This document shows, in pieces, positions 18,718 through 28,579 of a stretch of DNA of 64,000 nucleotides; position 1 is the first letter of the stretch, and every line of letters begins with the position of its first letter. Position numbers and translations under genes: made by a program. The notes beneath the pieces were generated by a model that was not told the DNA's origin, did no database searches, and worked only from the letters and a program-made list of their open reading frames with translations. Location of the stretch: positions 1 to 64,000 of IMG/VR virus record IMGVR_UViG_3300014613_000018. The stretch is one strand, 5' to 3'. The DNA is from a virus.

Positions 18718-21369
18718 CTAAACTTCACTCAGACTTGAGCCGCCGTCCCAGAGTCCGACTTGAAGCTCAACATCTTCTACTGTGTTAACAATCGAGTACC
18801 CTATTTTCACATAAATCTTAGTAGATTCTAAACTATTTCCCGGTGTGGTCTCTGTACAATCAATGTAGTACGGAGTCTCAGCAGGATACCTTACATTAAG
18901 CAATGCACCTGTAGGATTAAGTGTTCTATCTTCTGTTCTAAGATACCCGTCAACAACTTTCCTAATTTTACCATAGGTACTAGGAGCATTAGGAGTAAAG
19001 TTAACCCAAGTTCTAAGGCTAGTAAAAATACTCTGGTTAAGCCTAATGGCAACATCCCTCTTATGCAAGGACTTCCATTCTGCAACAGTAGTCCTTACCC
19101 TATCTCCCATGTTTCTGTAACCATTCCACTCACGAATACAGTTAATGTTACTTGCATTAAGTAATTCGGCTTCTGCATCAGTAACATCATTCTCTATTCC
19201 TACAGCACCTATGATTATCAAGTTTGCACAAGCATCATGGTCGCCTTCCTTACCAAACTGTCCAGCAGCAACACCTATTGCTTGACCTGTCATAAATCCT
19301 GCTTGAGGAACAAGTTTAGTAGTACCTGTAACAGGGTCATTAACCTTTATCCAGTTGTAATACTCAGTAACAAACTTGTTATCTATTCCATCTGTCTGTG
19401 CAGCAGATAATGCCTGTGAAGGTGACAATCCTCTTTCAGCCGTAAATGCGTAACGGAGATACTGCCTACTTGAAGCAGAACAGAACTCGCCCATTGTAAC
19501 ATTTAACAGATTAGTAGCATCTACACCAACACTATCCACTACGATAGGTGCATCAGGAATGAACATTTTAGTAGGTCTGGCTTTAATAGGAATAGTATCA
19601 ATAGCATACACACCTGTATTTAAGGAAGAACTACCAATGTAATCATCCTTATCAGGGGTAGCATCAACACCTCCACCAAATGTAATTATAAGCCCTGAAG
19701 TTCCAACAAGACTAAGTAAAGAAGCTCCTGTAGAATCTTCGCCTACAATAGCATAAACAACATCTGCTTGTGAACCTGTCATATTTTCATCTAATTCCAG
19801 ATGAGTGTTGTCAGTTACAGCAGTAATCTCATACACTCTAACATCGGCAGCAGTAGTAGCACTTGTACAAATGAACAAATCACCCTCTTCAACACCATCA
19901 TCCTCAAATGTTGCTCCTGCATCCACTAAGGTTGCATCTCCAGCAACACTTGTACCTGTACCTGTAGTTTTAATGTTCTCAGCAAATGCATCTATTGTAA
20001 ACCACTCACTATTGGCAGCAATCATGGTCTCAATATAATTAGCATCTGAACTCACAGGACTAAGATTCTCATGTGTTTCAAGAGTCCTAACAGCATTATC
20101 ACCATCCGTTACCTTTAAGGTAGCTTTAAGTGTAGTACCGCCAAACTCTTTAACAATATACAGTGCAAATTCATCTCCTCTTTCACCGGGAGAAACTAAA
20201 TCTGCTGTAACATGACCATAAGCACCGCTTGTTCCCATAATCACATAAATACAATTACTCTGAGTAGTACCAAAGTCTTCAGTTACAGTAACACTTGTAG
20301 TACTAGGCACTGTATCTATTGTATAACAACCTTTGTTAGCACCATTCAGAATTATAAGTTTATCGCCCGGAACAACATTACTTGCAACAGTATCAAGACC
20401 GTCAAGTGCAGTAGTATCACTAAAAGTATCTGTAGAAATAGTCACACTACCAGTACCAGCTAACCATGTTTTAGTAGCAGCAGCCATAGCCGTAAGACCT
20501 GTGCCGCCATAAGTTGCAGTAACAAGAGCGGGAATATCAGCAGAACCACTTGCAAGAGTAGTCAGTGCAACTACAGCATTCCAAGTACCTGCTCCTGTTC
20601 CAGTTATGTAACTCTTAATAGTAGCTCCAGCAAGCACATTCACAGCAGCAACAATGGCAGTAGCAGCAGGAGTAGCTGCACCTAAGTCTATTGTAAGCTC
20701 AGTTTTAGCTGCATTATAAGAACACGCTAAACCACCACCACCACTATCAATAACTTGAACCTTCAAACTATTTCCAGCAATTCCAGCAGTCACAGCATAA
20801 AACACTACACTATTATCAGCATCCGGTGCAGCATGTCCTGCTATAACCGTATGAGCTTGACCATTAAGAACTGTAGTGGCGACTCTTGCACTTTTCTTCC
20901 ATGCACTTGTTAATGCTGTCTTCAAAGTAATATCATAAGTATCTGTTAAAGTTGCAGTTGTAGCATCTGTAGTATTAGCACTTATTGTAAGATTAGTAAG
21001 TGCACCTGTAACTCCTCTAACATCACTCTGAACATTAAGTATTCCATCAGCAGCACCTTTAATAACCTGTGGCTTGAGTACTTCTACCTTATCATCCTCG
21101 GCACCACCTGAATTTCGTGCATCATCTCCAACAACACGAATTACCCACAGTGCTTTACCGCCATTATCAAAGAAACCCTTAACCTCATAAGAACCATAAC
21201 TTCCTGTATAGTACCAACCAAAGGACTCTAAGTACTGATCCCAAGATGTCACCAAAACAGGCACATCAATAGGCCCTCTGTCAGCATCTACAATAGCAAC
21301 AGCAATACCTTCAGCAATACCTGTAACAGGGGCATCCCCAGTAACTTCGGTTATTGTTATATTAGGCAT
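18718..21369 (-). CDS. Contractile tail sheath protein with large insertion
   Basis: RGPID.PVLVTSWDQY..FG, GFFDNGG..LWVIRV, YYNWI..DP, VPQAG, LLN..NINCIR. Confidence 0.92.
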   Translation of the reverse strand: MPNITITEVTGDAPVTGIAEGIAVAIVDADRGPIDVPVLVTSWDQYLESFGWYYTGSYGSYEVKGFFDNGGKALWVIRVVGDDARNSGGAEDDKVEVLKPQVIKGAADGILNVQSDVRGVTGALTNLTISANTTDATTATLTDTYDITLKTALTSAWKKSARVATTVLNGQAHTVIAGHAAPDADNSVVFYAVTAGIAGNSLKVQVIDSGGGGLACSYNAAKTELTIDLGAATPAATAIVAAVNVLAGATIKSYITGTGAGTWNAVVALTTLASGSADIPALVTATYGGTGLTAMAAATKTWLAGTGSVTISTDTFSDTTALDGLDTVASNVVPGDKLIILNGANKGCYTIDTVPSTTSVTVTEDFGTTQSNCIYVIMGTSGAYGHVTADLVSPGERGDEFALYIVKEFGGTTLKATLKVTDGDNAVRTLETHENLSPVSSDANYIETMIAANSEWFTIDAFAENIKTTGTGTSVAGDATLVDAGATFEDDGVEEGDLFICTSATTAADVRVYEITAVTDNTHLELDENMTGSQADVVYAIVGEDSTGASLLSLVGTSGLIITFGGGVDATPDKDDYIGSSSLNTGVYAIDTIPIKARPTKMFIPDAPIVVDSVGVDATNLLNVTMGEFCSASSRQYLRYAFTAERGLSPSQALSAAQTDGIDNKFVTEYYNWIKVNDPVTGTTKLVPQAGFMTGQAIGVAAGQFGKEGDHDACANLIIIGAVGIENDVTDAEAELLNASNINCIREWNGYRNMGDRVRTTVAEWKSLHKRDVAIRLNQSIFTSLRTWVNFTPNAPSTYGKIRKVVDGYLRTEDRTLNPTGALLNVRYPAETPYYIDCTETTPGNSLESTKIYVKIGYSIVNTVEDVELQVGLWDGGSSLSEV

Positions 21370-21701
21370 TAACTACCTCCCTTCTCAACATTCTTATCCT
21401 CTTTATCTTTTTTCACTTGTACCTTATCTTCTTTAGGAGGCTTGATCCTACGCATTCCTTCTTGAGGCTTAATAGCCATTCGAGGTGCGATTATTTTCTT
21501 CTCTGTAACTTTTATCTCTCTACGCCTCTCAAACATCTCTAGTCTGTCCGTATCAAGATACATTGCCACATCTTCAGGAATAAACTTACGCTTTCCTGCT
21601 TCAATAACACCCTTAACTTTAGCCTTAATCTCATAAGGAGTATCTAAACGAAAAGGAATCTTGAAAGGACTTCCAGAAATATTTTTAATGTATTTCTGCA
21701 T
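21369..21701 (-). CDS. Small basic protein preceding sheath
   Basis: 110-aa ORF coupled to sheath gene. Confidence 0.6.
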   Translation of the reverse strand: MQKYIKNISGSPFKIPFRLDTPYEIKAKVKGVIEAGKRKFIPEDVAMYLDTDRLEMFERRREIKVTEKKIIAPRMAIKPQEGMRRIKPPKEDKVQVKKDKEDKNVEKGGS

Positions 21702-21709
21702 TACTTCTC

Positions 21710-22534
21710 CTAACTTTCAACATATACAATTTCAGTATCAAAGTTATGGAACACAGTGATACCACTTACACCTAAGAACCTGTCTTTTTTCCTACTTGAA
21801 TAAGTAAAAATATCATTATCTATTTGTGCTGAACCTGTAACAGGAAAATCCATTAAATCTTCTGTTACCCTAATTACTGTATCATTCTTGTTTACTTCTA
21901 AAGCTGTTCTTGTTTTCCTATGATAGGCAGACTCAGCAAAGCTATCTTGTACTAAACCTACTGCGTCACCGGGAGCTAAAAGTCTAACTTCCTTATAATC
22001 AAGAACCTCTAACCAAGCATGTACATCACCCTTAATTTCCCTTATTTTAGAAATATCAGTACTCTCAAACTCTGTAGGCTCAAACCATACTATTTGATAC
22101 CTGTCATACTGATTCTTTTCCTTAATTAAAGGACAATCTAAATAACTAAATGTAGTATAAAACCTAGATATAAACTCTAACAGTTTCAAATCATTATCTG
22201 GATTCCTTGTAGCAGTATGTATCTTATACTTTACCTTTACAGGAATTGGTTCTGGAAACTCTTTAGCTGTTAACTTATCATAATCTAAGTCTTTATACAC
22301 CTTTTCATGTGTCATTATCTCACGAATTTTAGATATATTAGGATTAAACAAAACAATAGAAGGTGTAGTATACTCCATTTCAGGTACCTCATCATACATT
22401 AAGTAAACAGGTACTCTAACAGTCTCTCCATCTGAATTTACATAGTAAGGTGCATTAGCTCTAAGCCATAATGTTATAGCCTCTGTTAACCCAAATGTTA
22501 AAGGAGTTCTCTGCTCACCGGCTTCATATGCCAT
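21710..22534 (-). CDS. Putative tail terminator/completion protein with C-terminal accessory domain
   Basis: Position before sheath; PSIVL...PIPVKVKYKI pattern. Confidence 0.55.
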   Translation of the reverse strand: MAYEAGEQRTPLTFGLTEAITLWLRANAPYYVNSDGETVRVPVYLMYDEVPEMEYTTPSIVLFNPNISKIREIMTHEKVYKDLDYDKLTAKEFPEPIPVKVKYKIHTATRNPDNDLKLLEFISRFYTTFSYLDCPLIKEKNQYDRYQIVWFEPTEFESTDISKIREIKGDVHAWLEVLDYKEVRLLAPGDAVGLVQDSFAESAYHRKTRTALEVNKNDTVIRVTEDLMDFPVTGSAQIDNDIFTYSSRKKDRFLGVSGITVFHNFDTEIVYVES

Positions 22535-23142
22535 TATTTAACTGCCCTCATTAGTCCTGAAGATACTCCACCTTTCATCATCTCTAAATACTCATCCTTG
22601 TACTGTGAAAGTGGCTCTTTACGGAAATCTCTACTAGGAACCTTCTTTTTCACACCATTACTAGGCAATTTTACTGTGTAACCTCGCACCATGTTCTTTG
22701 CAACTGTGTAAAGTTCAACAGCAGTTTGCATTCCTAACAAGCTACCACCTGATTTCATAGGCCCACTTCTCATTACACCAACAAATGCAGCTCTAAATCT
22801 ATTAGTTTTAGCAACACCTGCCTTAGAAGCGCCTAAATCAGCAGAACCTTCATCTAACATTTTATAAGTAATACTATTAGCTAACTGTGAGCTATCTACT
22901 AAAGGTACTGTACTCCCTTTTAACTGAATCGTTAACTCTCCATTAGGTGCTAATCCACTCTGATTCCTAACAAGCATTTCTTTCATTTTATCTGCTAAAT
23001 CAGAAGCGGCTTTTTTAAGTTTATCTGCACAGTTATCGTCTACAATCTTGTCTACAAATCCTGCTAAAGCCGCAGCTTGCATAGCATTACTGCTTAACCT
23101 TATAGTTGCAAATGAACCTAAACCACCTAATCTACTCATCAT
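22534..23142 (-). CDS. Neck/tail-completion protein (HK97 gp10-like)
   Basis: TIQLKGS..PLVDSSQLANSITY and PSRDF motifs. Confidence 0.65.
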   Translation of the reverse strand: MMSRLGGLGSFATIRLSSNAMQAAALAGFVDKIVDDNCADKLKKAASDLADKMKEMLVRNQSGLAPNGELTIQLKGSTVPLVDSSQLANSITYKMLDEGSADLGASKAGVAKTNRFRAAFVGVMRSGPMKSGGSLLGMQTAVELYTVAKNMVRGYTVKLPSNGVKKKVPSRDFRKEPLSQYKDEYLEMMKGGVSSGLMRAVK

Positions 23143-23635
23143 ACCTTCTAACTACATCTACTACACTGCCTAACTCTGTAAATGCCTCTGTTACATCTTC
23201 AGCAGGGGCTTCTATACTAGGCATGTTAGGCTCAGGTCGTTCTTCTCTAAAGTAAGCATACCACAGCTTAAAACTACCACAGTGAGGACTTTCAGGACGC
23301 ATTTCTACAATCTCTAAATACCTGTCACTGTAAAAGCCATTTATATTAAATTGAAACCTATAACGATTCCAGTTTCCACCATTAGGAGTAGGATCAATAT
23401 CTAGTTTACTTATATGTGCATTCTTGAATATAAAATATCCACTTGACTGCACTCTATCTAAAGACTCAAGCTGCCTAAGCTCTTCGTGTGAGTACCAGAC
23501 AGCCTGAATCTTCATTACCTTAACAAGATCGTAACTATTCTCTTTATCAGCTAATCTATTACGATACCCGTGTGTCTCAGCACCCTCAGCTATCCTGTAA
23601 ACCTTAATCTTAGTTCCATTGATAGAAGGTTCCAT
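23132..23635 (-). CDS. Putative head-closure protein
   Basis: Position between adaptor and neck; TAATG coupling at 23635. Confidence 0.45.
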   Translation of the reverse strand: MEPSINGTKIKVYRIAEGAETHGYRNRLADKENSYDLVKVMKIQAVWYSHEELRQLESLDRVQSSGYFIFKNAHISKLDIDPTPNGGNWNRYRFQFNINGFYSDRYLEIVEMRPESPHCGSFKLWYAYFREERPEPNMPSIEAPAEDVTEAFTELGSVVDVVRRYDE

Positions 23636-24288
23636 TAAATCCAGCCACAAGAAACAATATCTATACCTTTATAGAATTTAAGCAATATACCATTCATTAT
23701 AGGGTCATCTAAAAGCTGATTCTCAATTCCACCCTTATCAAATTTAGTATAAGACCATCTATCTGTAGACTCTCTCCTAACATTGCGTTTAGAAATGGAC
23801 ACATCAACTACTCTATCGCCATCTTCAAGGATATTCTCAAAAGCTATAGGCATTAACCTTTTAGCTACTTCTATTAAAGGTAACGGAGGCATTTCAGAAG
23901 GACTATTTTCATCAACATAACCAAATCTACCTACTACAGTTATATTCTGATTACCTTTAGGAAATACTACTCCATTTTGTAACATTATCTTTGGATATTC
24001 TCTATCATCAGGAACTTGTCTGTTATACACTACATAATCAGTATCCTCAGTTAAACTTCCTAAATAAGTCTCACTAACAGAAGAAATACTAATTATCTCA
24101 ATAGGAAACCAAAGTTCGCTAGTGCCATCTCCATCTAAATGTAAAGTTCTACTTGTAGGAACATAATTTCTATTAGTGAATAAATTAATGATACTCCAGA
24201 TCAAAGCCCATGCTTCTATAAGCTCTTCATCTGGATACTCATCTTCAGTAAACCCTCTAGTTCTTAGGTTCTCTAATGGAACTCCCAT
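23635..24288 (-). CDS. Head-tail adaptor protein
   Basis: I..FTNRNY...LDGDG...P...ISSV...FPKGNQNITVVGRFGY. Confidence 0.7.
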   Translation of the reverse strand: MGVPLENLRTRGFTEDEYPDEELIEAWALIWSIINLFTNRNYVPTSRTLHLDGDGTSELWFPIEIISISSVSETYLGSLTEDTDYVVYNRQVPDDREYPKIMLQNGVVFPKGNQNITVVGRFGYVDENSPSEMPPLPLIEVAKRLMPIAFENILEDGDRVVDVSISKRNVRRESTDRWSYTKFDKGGIENQLLDDPIMNGILLKFYKGIDIVSCGWI

Positions 24289-25079
24289 TATTCTTTCAAT
24301 GCCTCAGCAATCTTAGGTATCATTTCATCCTTAGTTCCTTCATACTCAACATTAACTTCAGTAGCTAATTCTTTAAGCTCAGGAACCTTAAACATCTTCA
24401 TATCATCAATGAAGCCCTCAGTACAGCCTTCTTTATCTAACTCTTCCTTGAATATCTGCATGTTTTCAGAATATATAACTTCATTAACATCAAGTAAGGG
24501 AGCATCTGTAATATCTTCAGGTACAACAATAACATCCTCAACAGGAGTTTCAGTAGATTCTTGTGCTAGTATCTGTTCCTTCAAATCGGCAATTACTAAA
24601 TCTTTGTTATTAAGTTCAATTGCTAATTCCTCTACAACACATTCAAGCTCATCTATCTTATTTTCAAGTAACTCTTTTTCAGAAGGTTCAATAAGCTTAG
24701 GAGGATTATTAGTTAATTCTACTCCTGCCCAATACTGATTCAATTCTACTTCTGCATCTATCTGAGCCTGAGTTTTACCAACCTTGTGACTAATCTTAGA
24801 TGCAGTAATCTTACTATCATATAAATCTGACAACTTGACTACATTAGAAGGTTTACCATCCATAGTCTCTCTAACATCTTCAGGCATGTTAGACCACACA
24901 AGTAAATCATTACCTGCTTTAGAAGTCAACCACATCATCCAATCTTCATCTTCTTGCGAGAACACACCGTTGTAAACAGCAGAAATATCTTTATCAAGTG
25001 CAAAGATATAAGCATTCCCTGTTACAGGATTTCTTTTAGTCAGTTGCCTAGATTTTGCAGTTCTAAAAGTCTTATTCAA
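24288..25079 (-). CDS. Acidic protein with coiled coil and C-terminal SAP/HeH-like motif
   Basis: KVPELKELA...GTKDEMIPKI; TTG start after GAAAGG. Confidence 0.55.
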   Translation of the reverse strand: MNKTFRTAKSRQLTKRNPVTGNAYIFALDKDISAVYNGVFSQEDEDWMMWLTSKAGNDLLVWSNMPEDVRETMDGKPSNVVKLSDLYDSKITASKISHKVGKTQAQIDAEVELNQYWAGVELTNNPPKLIEPSEKELLENKIDELECVVEELAIELNNKDLVIADLKEQILAQESTETPVEDVIVVPEDITDAPLLDVNEVIYSENMQIFKEELDKEGCTEGFIDDMKMFKVPELKELATEVNVEYEGTKDEMIPKIAEALKE

Positions 25080-25095
25080 TTTTCACCTTTCTAAA

Positions 25096-25124
25096 TAAGG
25101 GGCAGCCACTAGGACTACCCCTTA
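25096..25124 (-). terminator. Intrinsic terminator after capsid gene
   Basis: TAAGGGGTAGTCC-tagt-GGCTGCCCCTTA then TTT on minus strand. Confidence 0.7.
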
Positions 25125-25139
25125 TAATCCTAAACTAGA

Positions 25140-26483
25140 TTAAACGTAATCCAGAAGTCTAATATTCTTGACCTTAGCGATAGCTGTAGGGTCAATAATT
25201 CTAACATTAGCATGAATGTGAGTAGTAAACTCATACTCATCACTTCTCGCAATGTACTCTACATGGCTTCTGAAGGTATCATGGATATAAATTACTAAGT
25301 TATCAGGCATAGTCAGTAAAGCATATGTTCCTCTGTTAATAGTACCTGTAGCAGAAGCAGCAGCACCACTATAAGTAGCGGCAGTAAACCCTACTGTAGT
25401 GTACATGCTATTAGCAACGGCAACAATCTCTATAGACTGAGTAGCACCTGTTTTAGTTGTACGAGCAACAAGTTTACCGTCCCTCGCAGCAAAGCAAGCA
25501 GTTAAACCACCAGCAACAGCCAGCACATTAAGATGTCTGGCAAGCTCAGGGGCAGTATAAGTACCAGCAGTAGCAACAAGAGCAGTGTTACCAGAAGCAG
25601 CACCATCAATAGTCTGATTCACAGTAATAGCAGTGTTAGTACCCGTAGTAAGAACAAACGCATCAAGAACAGTACCAATATGCTCACCATAAAGAGCAGA
25701 AGTATATCCTACACTTGCACTATCTTCAATCTCGTCACAAGTAATTATAGGGATACCATCCGGTGAGAATGTCTGACCTATTGTAGAAGCATCTCCTTGA
25801 AGTGTAGCACGATTACCATAAACTTCTCTCCAGTCAGTCTGAAGTAAAGTATTAGAGAACCATTTAAGCATACTCTTCTTGCGTCTTACCTCTTTAGGAA
25901 GGTTACGGTAGCCCTGATAGAAAATATTCCTAGAAATAGTAGCACCTTCAGCATCAATCACATAACCATTTTCAGCAAGTTTAGCAAAACCATCAAATTT
26001 TGCATAGAATGGAGTACCACTAGCAGTATCACCATTAACAATCACATCAGACAAGTCATTAGCTGCCTTCTGCATATTCCTCTGATTAAGACCCGCAAGA
26101 TAACCGGGGCCTTCAATGTTCTCAACTAAGGATTCATAAGAAACTGTATCTGCACCTGTAAACTTTGCAAGTGTAACAGTACCATTTCCAAAATCCGGTT
26201 GCTTAACATCAGTAAATGTCGTTGCCTCTGTTCCCGGCTCTAAGAACCGTCTACCAATGTACTCCTTATCATATTCTTTCCTAAGAGTTTTAAGGAACTC
26301 TATAGGTGCAATCTGCATCATGTCATTAGTACCACGAAGCATCTTTTCAAACTCATTGGTTCGGTCAGCGTTATGTAAGCCCCCCTGAGCCACAAAATCA
26401 CTAGACTCAAGAGCCTTGCGAATCCTAGCCTCTCCCGCTTCTCTGGAAAGTTCCTCTGTCTTACTTGTTCTAATATTTGGCAT
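25140..26483 (-). CDS. Major capsid protein (HK97 fold) with about 130-aa insertion
   Basis: GGL...F, VSYESLVENIEG, AANDL...NGDT, FDGF.KLA, ALLT.PDNL; follows protease. Confidence 0.85.
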   Translation of the reverse strand: MPNIRTSKTEELSREAGEARIRKALESSDFVAQGGLHNADRTNEFEKMLRGTNDMMQIAPIEFLKTLRKEYDKEYIGRRFLEPGTEATTFTDVKQPDFGNGTVTLAKFTGADTVSYESLVENIEGPGYLAGLNQRNMQKAANDLSDVIVNGDTASGTPFYAKFDGFAKLAENGYVIDAEGATISRNIFYQGYRNLPKEVRRKKSMLKWFSNTLLQTDWREVYGNRATLQGDASTIGQTFSPDGIPIITCDEIEDSASVGYTSALYGEHIGTVLDAFVLTTGTNTAITVNQTIDGAASGNTALVATAGTYTAPELARHLNVLAVAGGLTACFAARDGKLVARTTKTGATQSIEIVAVANSMYTTVGFTAATYSGAAASATGTINRGTYALLTMPDNLVIYIHDTFRSHVEYIARSDEYEFTTHIHANVRIIDPTAIAKVKNIRLLDYV

Positions 26484-26493
26484 TTATTCCTCC

Positions 26494-27747
26494 TTATGCC
26501 CAAGCTCTAAGTTCTGGCGGAAGGTTATCTTCCTCATTAGTGTTATCTTCCTCATTATCATCATCATTATCTTCTGTATTTTCATGTTCGTTCTGTGAAC
26601 CCGGATCTTCAGTCTCAACAGCCTTCAGCCTCTTCTCTAAATCTTCAATCTTCTCTTCAAGAGACTTAACCTTTTCACTCTGGTCTTCAGGAATTACAGG
26701 TGCTTCAGGAAGTTCGGGAATACTATCTTCCACTGCCTTCAACTTTTTCTCCCACTCTTCAACCACAGCATCAAGTTTATCCTTGACTACAGACTGAACA
26801 TGCTCTTCAGTAATACTTTCAGGTGTTTCACCCTCAGTTTCCTCTACAAAAGTAACCCCGAGACTCTTCACTACTTCTTCAGTAAAGTCTTCAGGATTCT
26901 TCTCTATCATCTCCTTAAACTCAGAAACAAGTTTCTTAGCTTTTTCAACTTTGTTCATTGAATCCTCTCTTTCTCCAAATACCTCATTAACAACTTCCTT
27001 AAACATAGATTTTAATTCACTAAATTTCCCTTTTATAAAATTATCGTCTTCCTCTGTACCCTCAGTTTTATTTTTTTCGTTTATAGGGACAGTCTCAAAA
27101 CGCTTTTGGTAATTAGCATCATTAGCACTCTTGTAAACACTTCCGTTTTCATACAAGTTAATATTCTTATCTTTAGCAGTTAAAAATTCTGTTCTAGGAT
27201 TTGCAGCACCATCAGGGGGTGTTACAGCGACATGCTCCAAAACAAACCTTTTAATAATACCTACTTGAACCTCAACTTCATCTCCATCATCATTCTCAAA
27301 GGTCTCACTAACTACTTCGTAATCCTTTTCCCAATCAGGAATGTAACCTCCAACTGAAAGTTGCTTATCAATTTCGCCATTCTTAATTTCAGAATAAAGT
27401 TCTTCACCTTCCCACGGGCCATTTTTAAGAGCAAAGTCTACCTTATATGATTTCAAACCTGTAGAAGGGTCAGCTACCTTTTCACCATCTGTAGCAAAAC
27501 CTATTGCAAATGTAGCCCAATGATCTACTTGTAAATCTACTAAGCCTTCACTCGGTTTCCTCTTTTTAGTCTGCCTTGACGCATAAACCATATCATCAAT
27601 AGCAGCTTCAGCAAACCTTTCACGATACCAGTCAATACCAGTATCAGAAGCTACCGCAGTGATATGTTTCAGACCTGTAGAATCATCAATGTAAGCCTTA
27701 GTAGTAGGTATTCTAAAATTAAAAGTACAATATCTACGCTTCTCCAT
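26494..27747 (-). CDS. Prohead protease with C-terminal scaffold-like coiled coil
   Basis: ASD..ID...ERF, DH, LSVGG, LEHVAV...ANP; acidic coiled-coil tail. Confidence 0.8.
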   Translation of the reverse strand: MEKRRYCTFNFRIPTTKAYIDDSTGLKHITAVASDTGIDWYRERFAEAAIDDMVYASRQTKKRKPSEGLVDLQVDHWATFAIGFATDGEKVADPSTGLKSYKVDFALKNGPWEGEELYSEIKNGEIDKQLSVGGYIPDWEKDYEVVSETFENDDGDEVEVQVGIIKRFVLEHVAVTPPDGAANPRTEFLTAKDKNINLYENGSVYKSANDANYQKRFETVPINEKNKTEGTEEDDNFIKGKFSELKSMFKEVVNEVFGEREDSMNKVEKAKKLVSEFKEMIEKNPEDFTEEVVKSLGVTFVEETEGETPESITEEHVQSVVKDKLDAVVEEWEKKLKAVEDSIPELPEAPVIPEDQSEKVKSLEEKIEDLEKRLKAVETEDPGSQNEHENTEDNDDDNEEDNTNEEDNLPPELRAWA

Positions 27748-28133
27748 TAGTATTCCCCTGTCTTCAAGTAAGCAGTAACAGTTCCACTAGCTGCAACAAC
27801 ACCATCCCTAATTAGAGATAACCTGTAATCACCTTGCGCAATTAACCTCTGAGGTACTGGAATTAGATACCTACCTGCAACACTAATTATACCAGTAAAT
27901 GATAAAATAGCATTAGTTCCAGGTGAAGTAGCTCCTCCAAAATCAGAAACAACAGCCCAATCAGTATCAACCTTATCAGACCATTCAAGTGATATTCGAA
28001 TACCGTCTTCTGTACCTTTGGTATAAGTAATATCAATGAATAGCTTTGTGGTAGCTGCACTAACTGCAACGGGATTACTAGGTAAAGATGCAACAGGAAC
28101 TACTACTTCATTATAAGCAAGTTCTTTTCTCAT
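27747..28133 (-). CDS. Hypothetical beta-rich protein, first gene of the head operon
   Basis: 128 aa, TAATG-coupled to protease. Confidence 0.6.
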   Translation of the reverse strand: MRKELAYNEVVVPVASLPSNPVAVSAATTKLFIDITYTKGTEDGIRISLEWSDKVDTDWAVVSDFGGATSPGTNAILSFTGIISVAGRYLIPVPQRLIAQGDYRLSLIRDGVVAASGTVTAYLKTGEY

Positions 28134-28178
28134 TTACCTACCTTTCAAGTATCTATAAATATAAAAATACATCTAATG

Positions 28179-28188
28179 TAATATACAA
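28179..28188 (-). promoter_or_regulatory. Putative late promoter TTGTATATTA of head operon
   Basis: Identical 10-mer at 833-842; both followed by TACTTGAAAGG leader. Confidence 0.5.
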
Positions 28189-28359
28189 TTCTGACAAGCT
28201 TTTATAAACGGTTGTCACACTTTTCTTTTCTTTTAGCGGAATTTTTATTTTCTTTTGTAAGAGTTTTATTGTTTAAGATACTTATTCTTTACTTCTTTCA
28301 GGTATTTTATGTCTTTTACTATTAGACCTGCTAAAAGATTTATTTATATATTTCTTGCA

Positions 28360-28579
28360 GGAAAAAGCTTGTCTTTTTCCTATTCTCAAAGAGAATAACT
28401 TAAACAAATTTCGGTGTATTGTTTAACTTGTCTATTTAACTATACTGTTAAAGGTTTACTCTGTTAGTTACTTCGTAACTTGAGTCTTATCAGACTCAGT
28501 AATACAGCGATTTTATTCTAAAATCTATAAGACAATCATGTTTCATTACTGTCCGTGTTGTTCGTGATACTCACAACAC
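28360..28579. other. Array of short back-to-back hairpins
   Basis: GGAAAAAG/CTTTTTCC, TATTCTC/GAGAATA, TTAAACAA/TTGTTTAA, TTTAAC/GTTAAA, AGTTAC/GTAACT, TGAGTCT/AGACTCA, GTGTTG..CAACAC. Confidence 0.65.

Noticed and set aside
7069-22534. Stand-alone eCIS or tailocin locus
   Set aside because: Capsid, protease, neck genes, tRNAs and a phage early region are contiguous.
3867-26797. Plus-strand ORFs in the structural module (e.g. 4249..4605, 8652..9062, 16080..16535, 17248..17613, 24409..24738)
   Set aside because: Antisense shadows of well-supported minus-strand genes, with no RBS or motifs.
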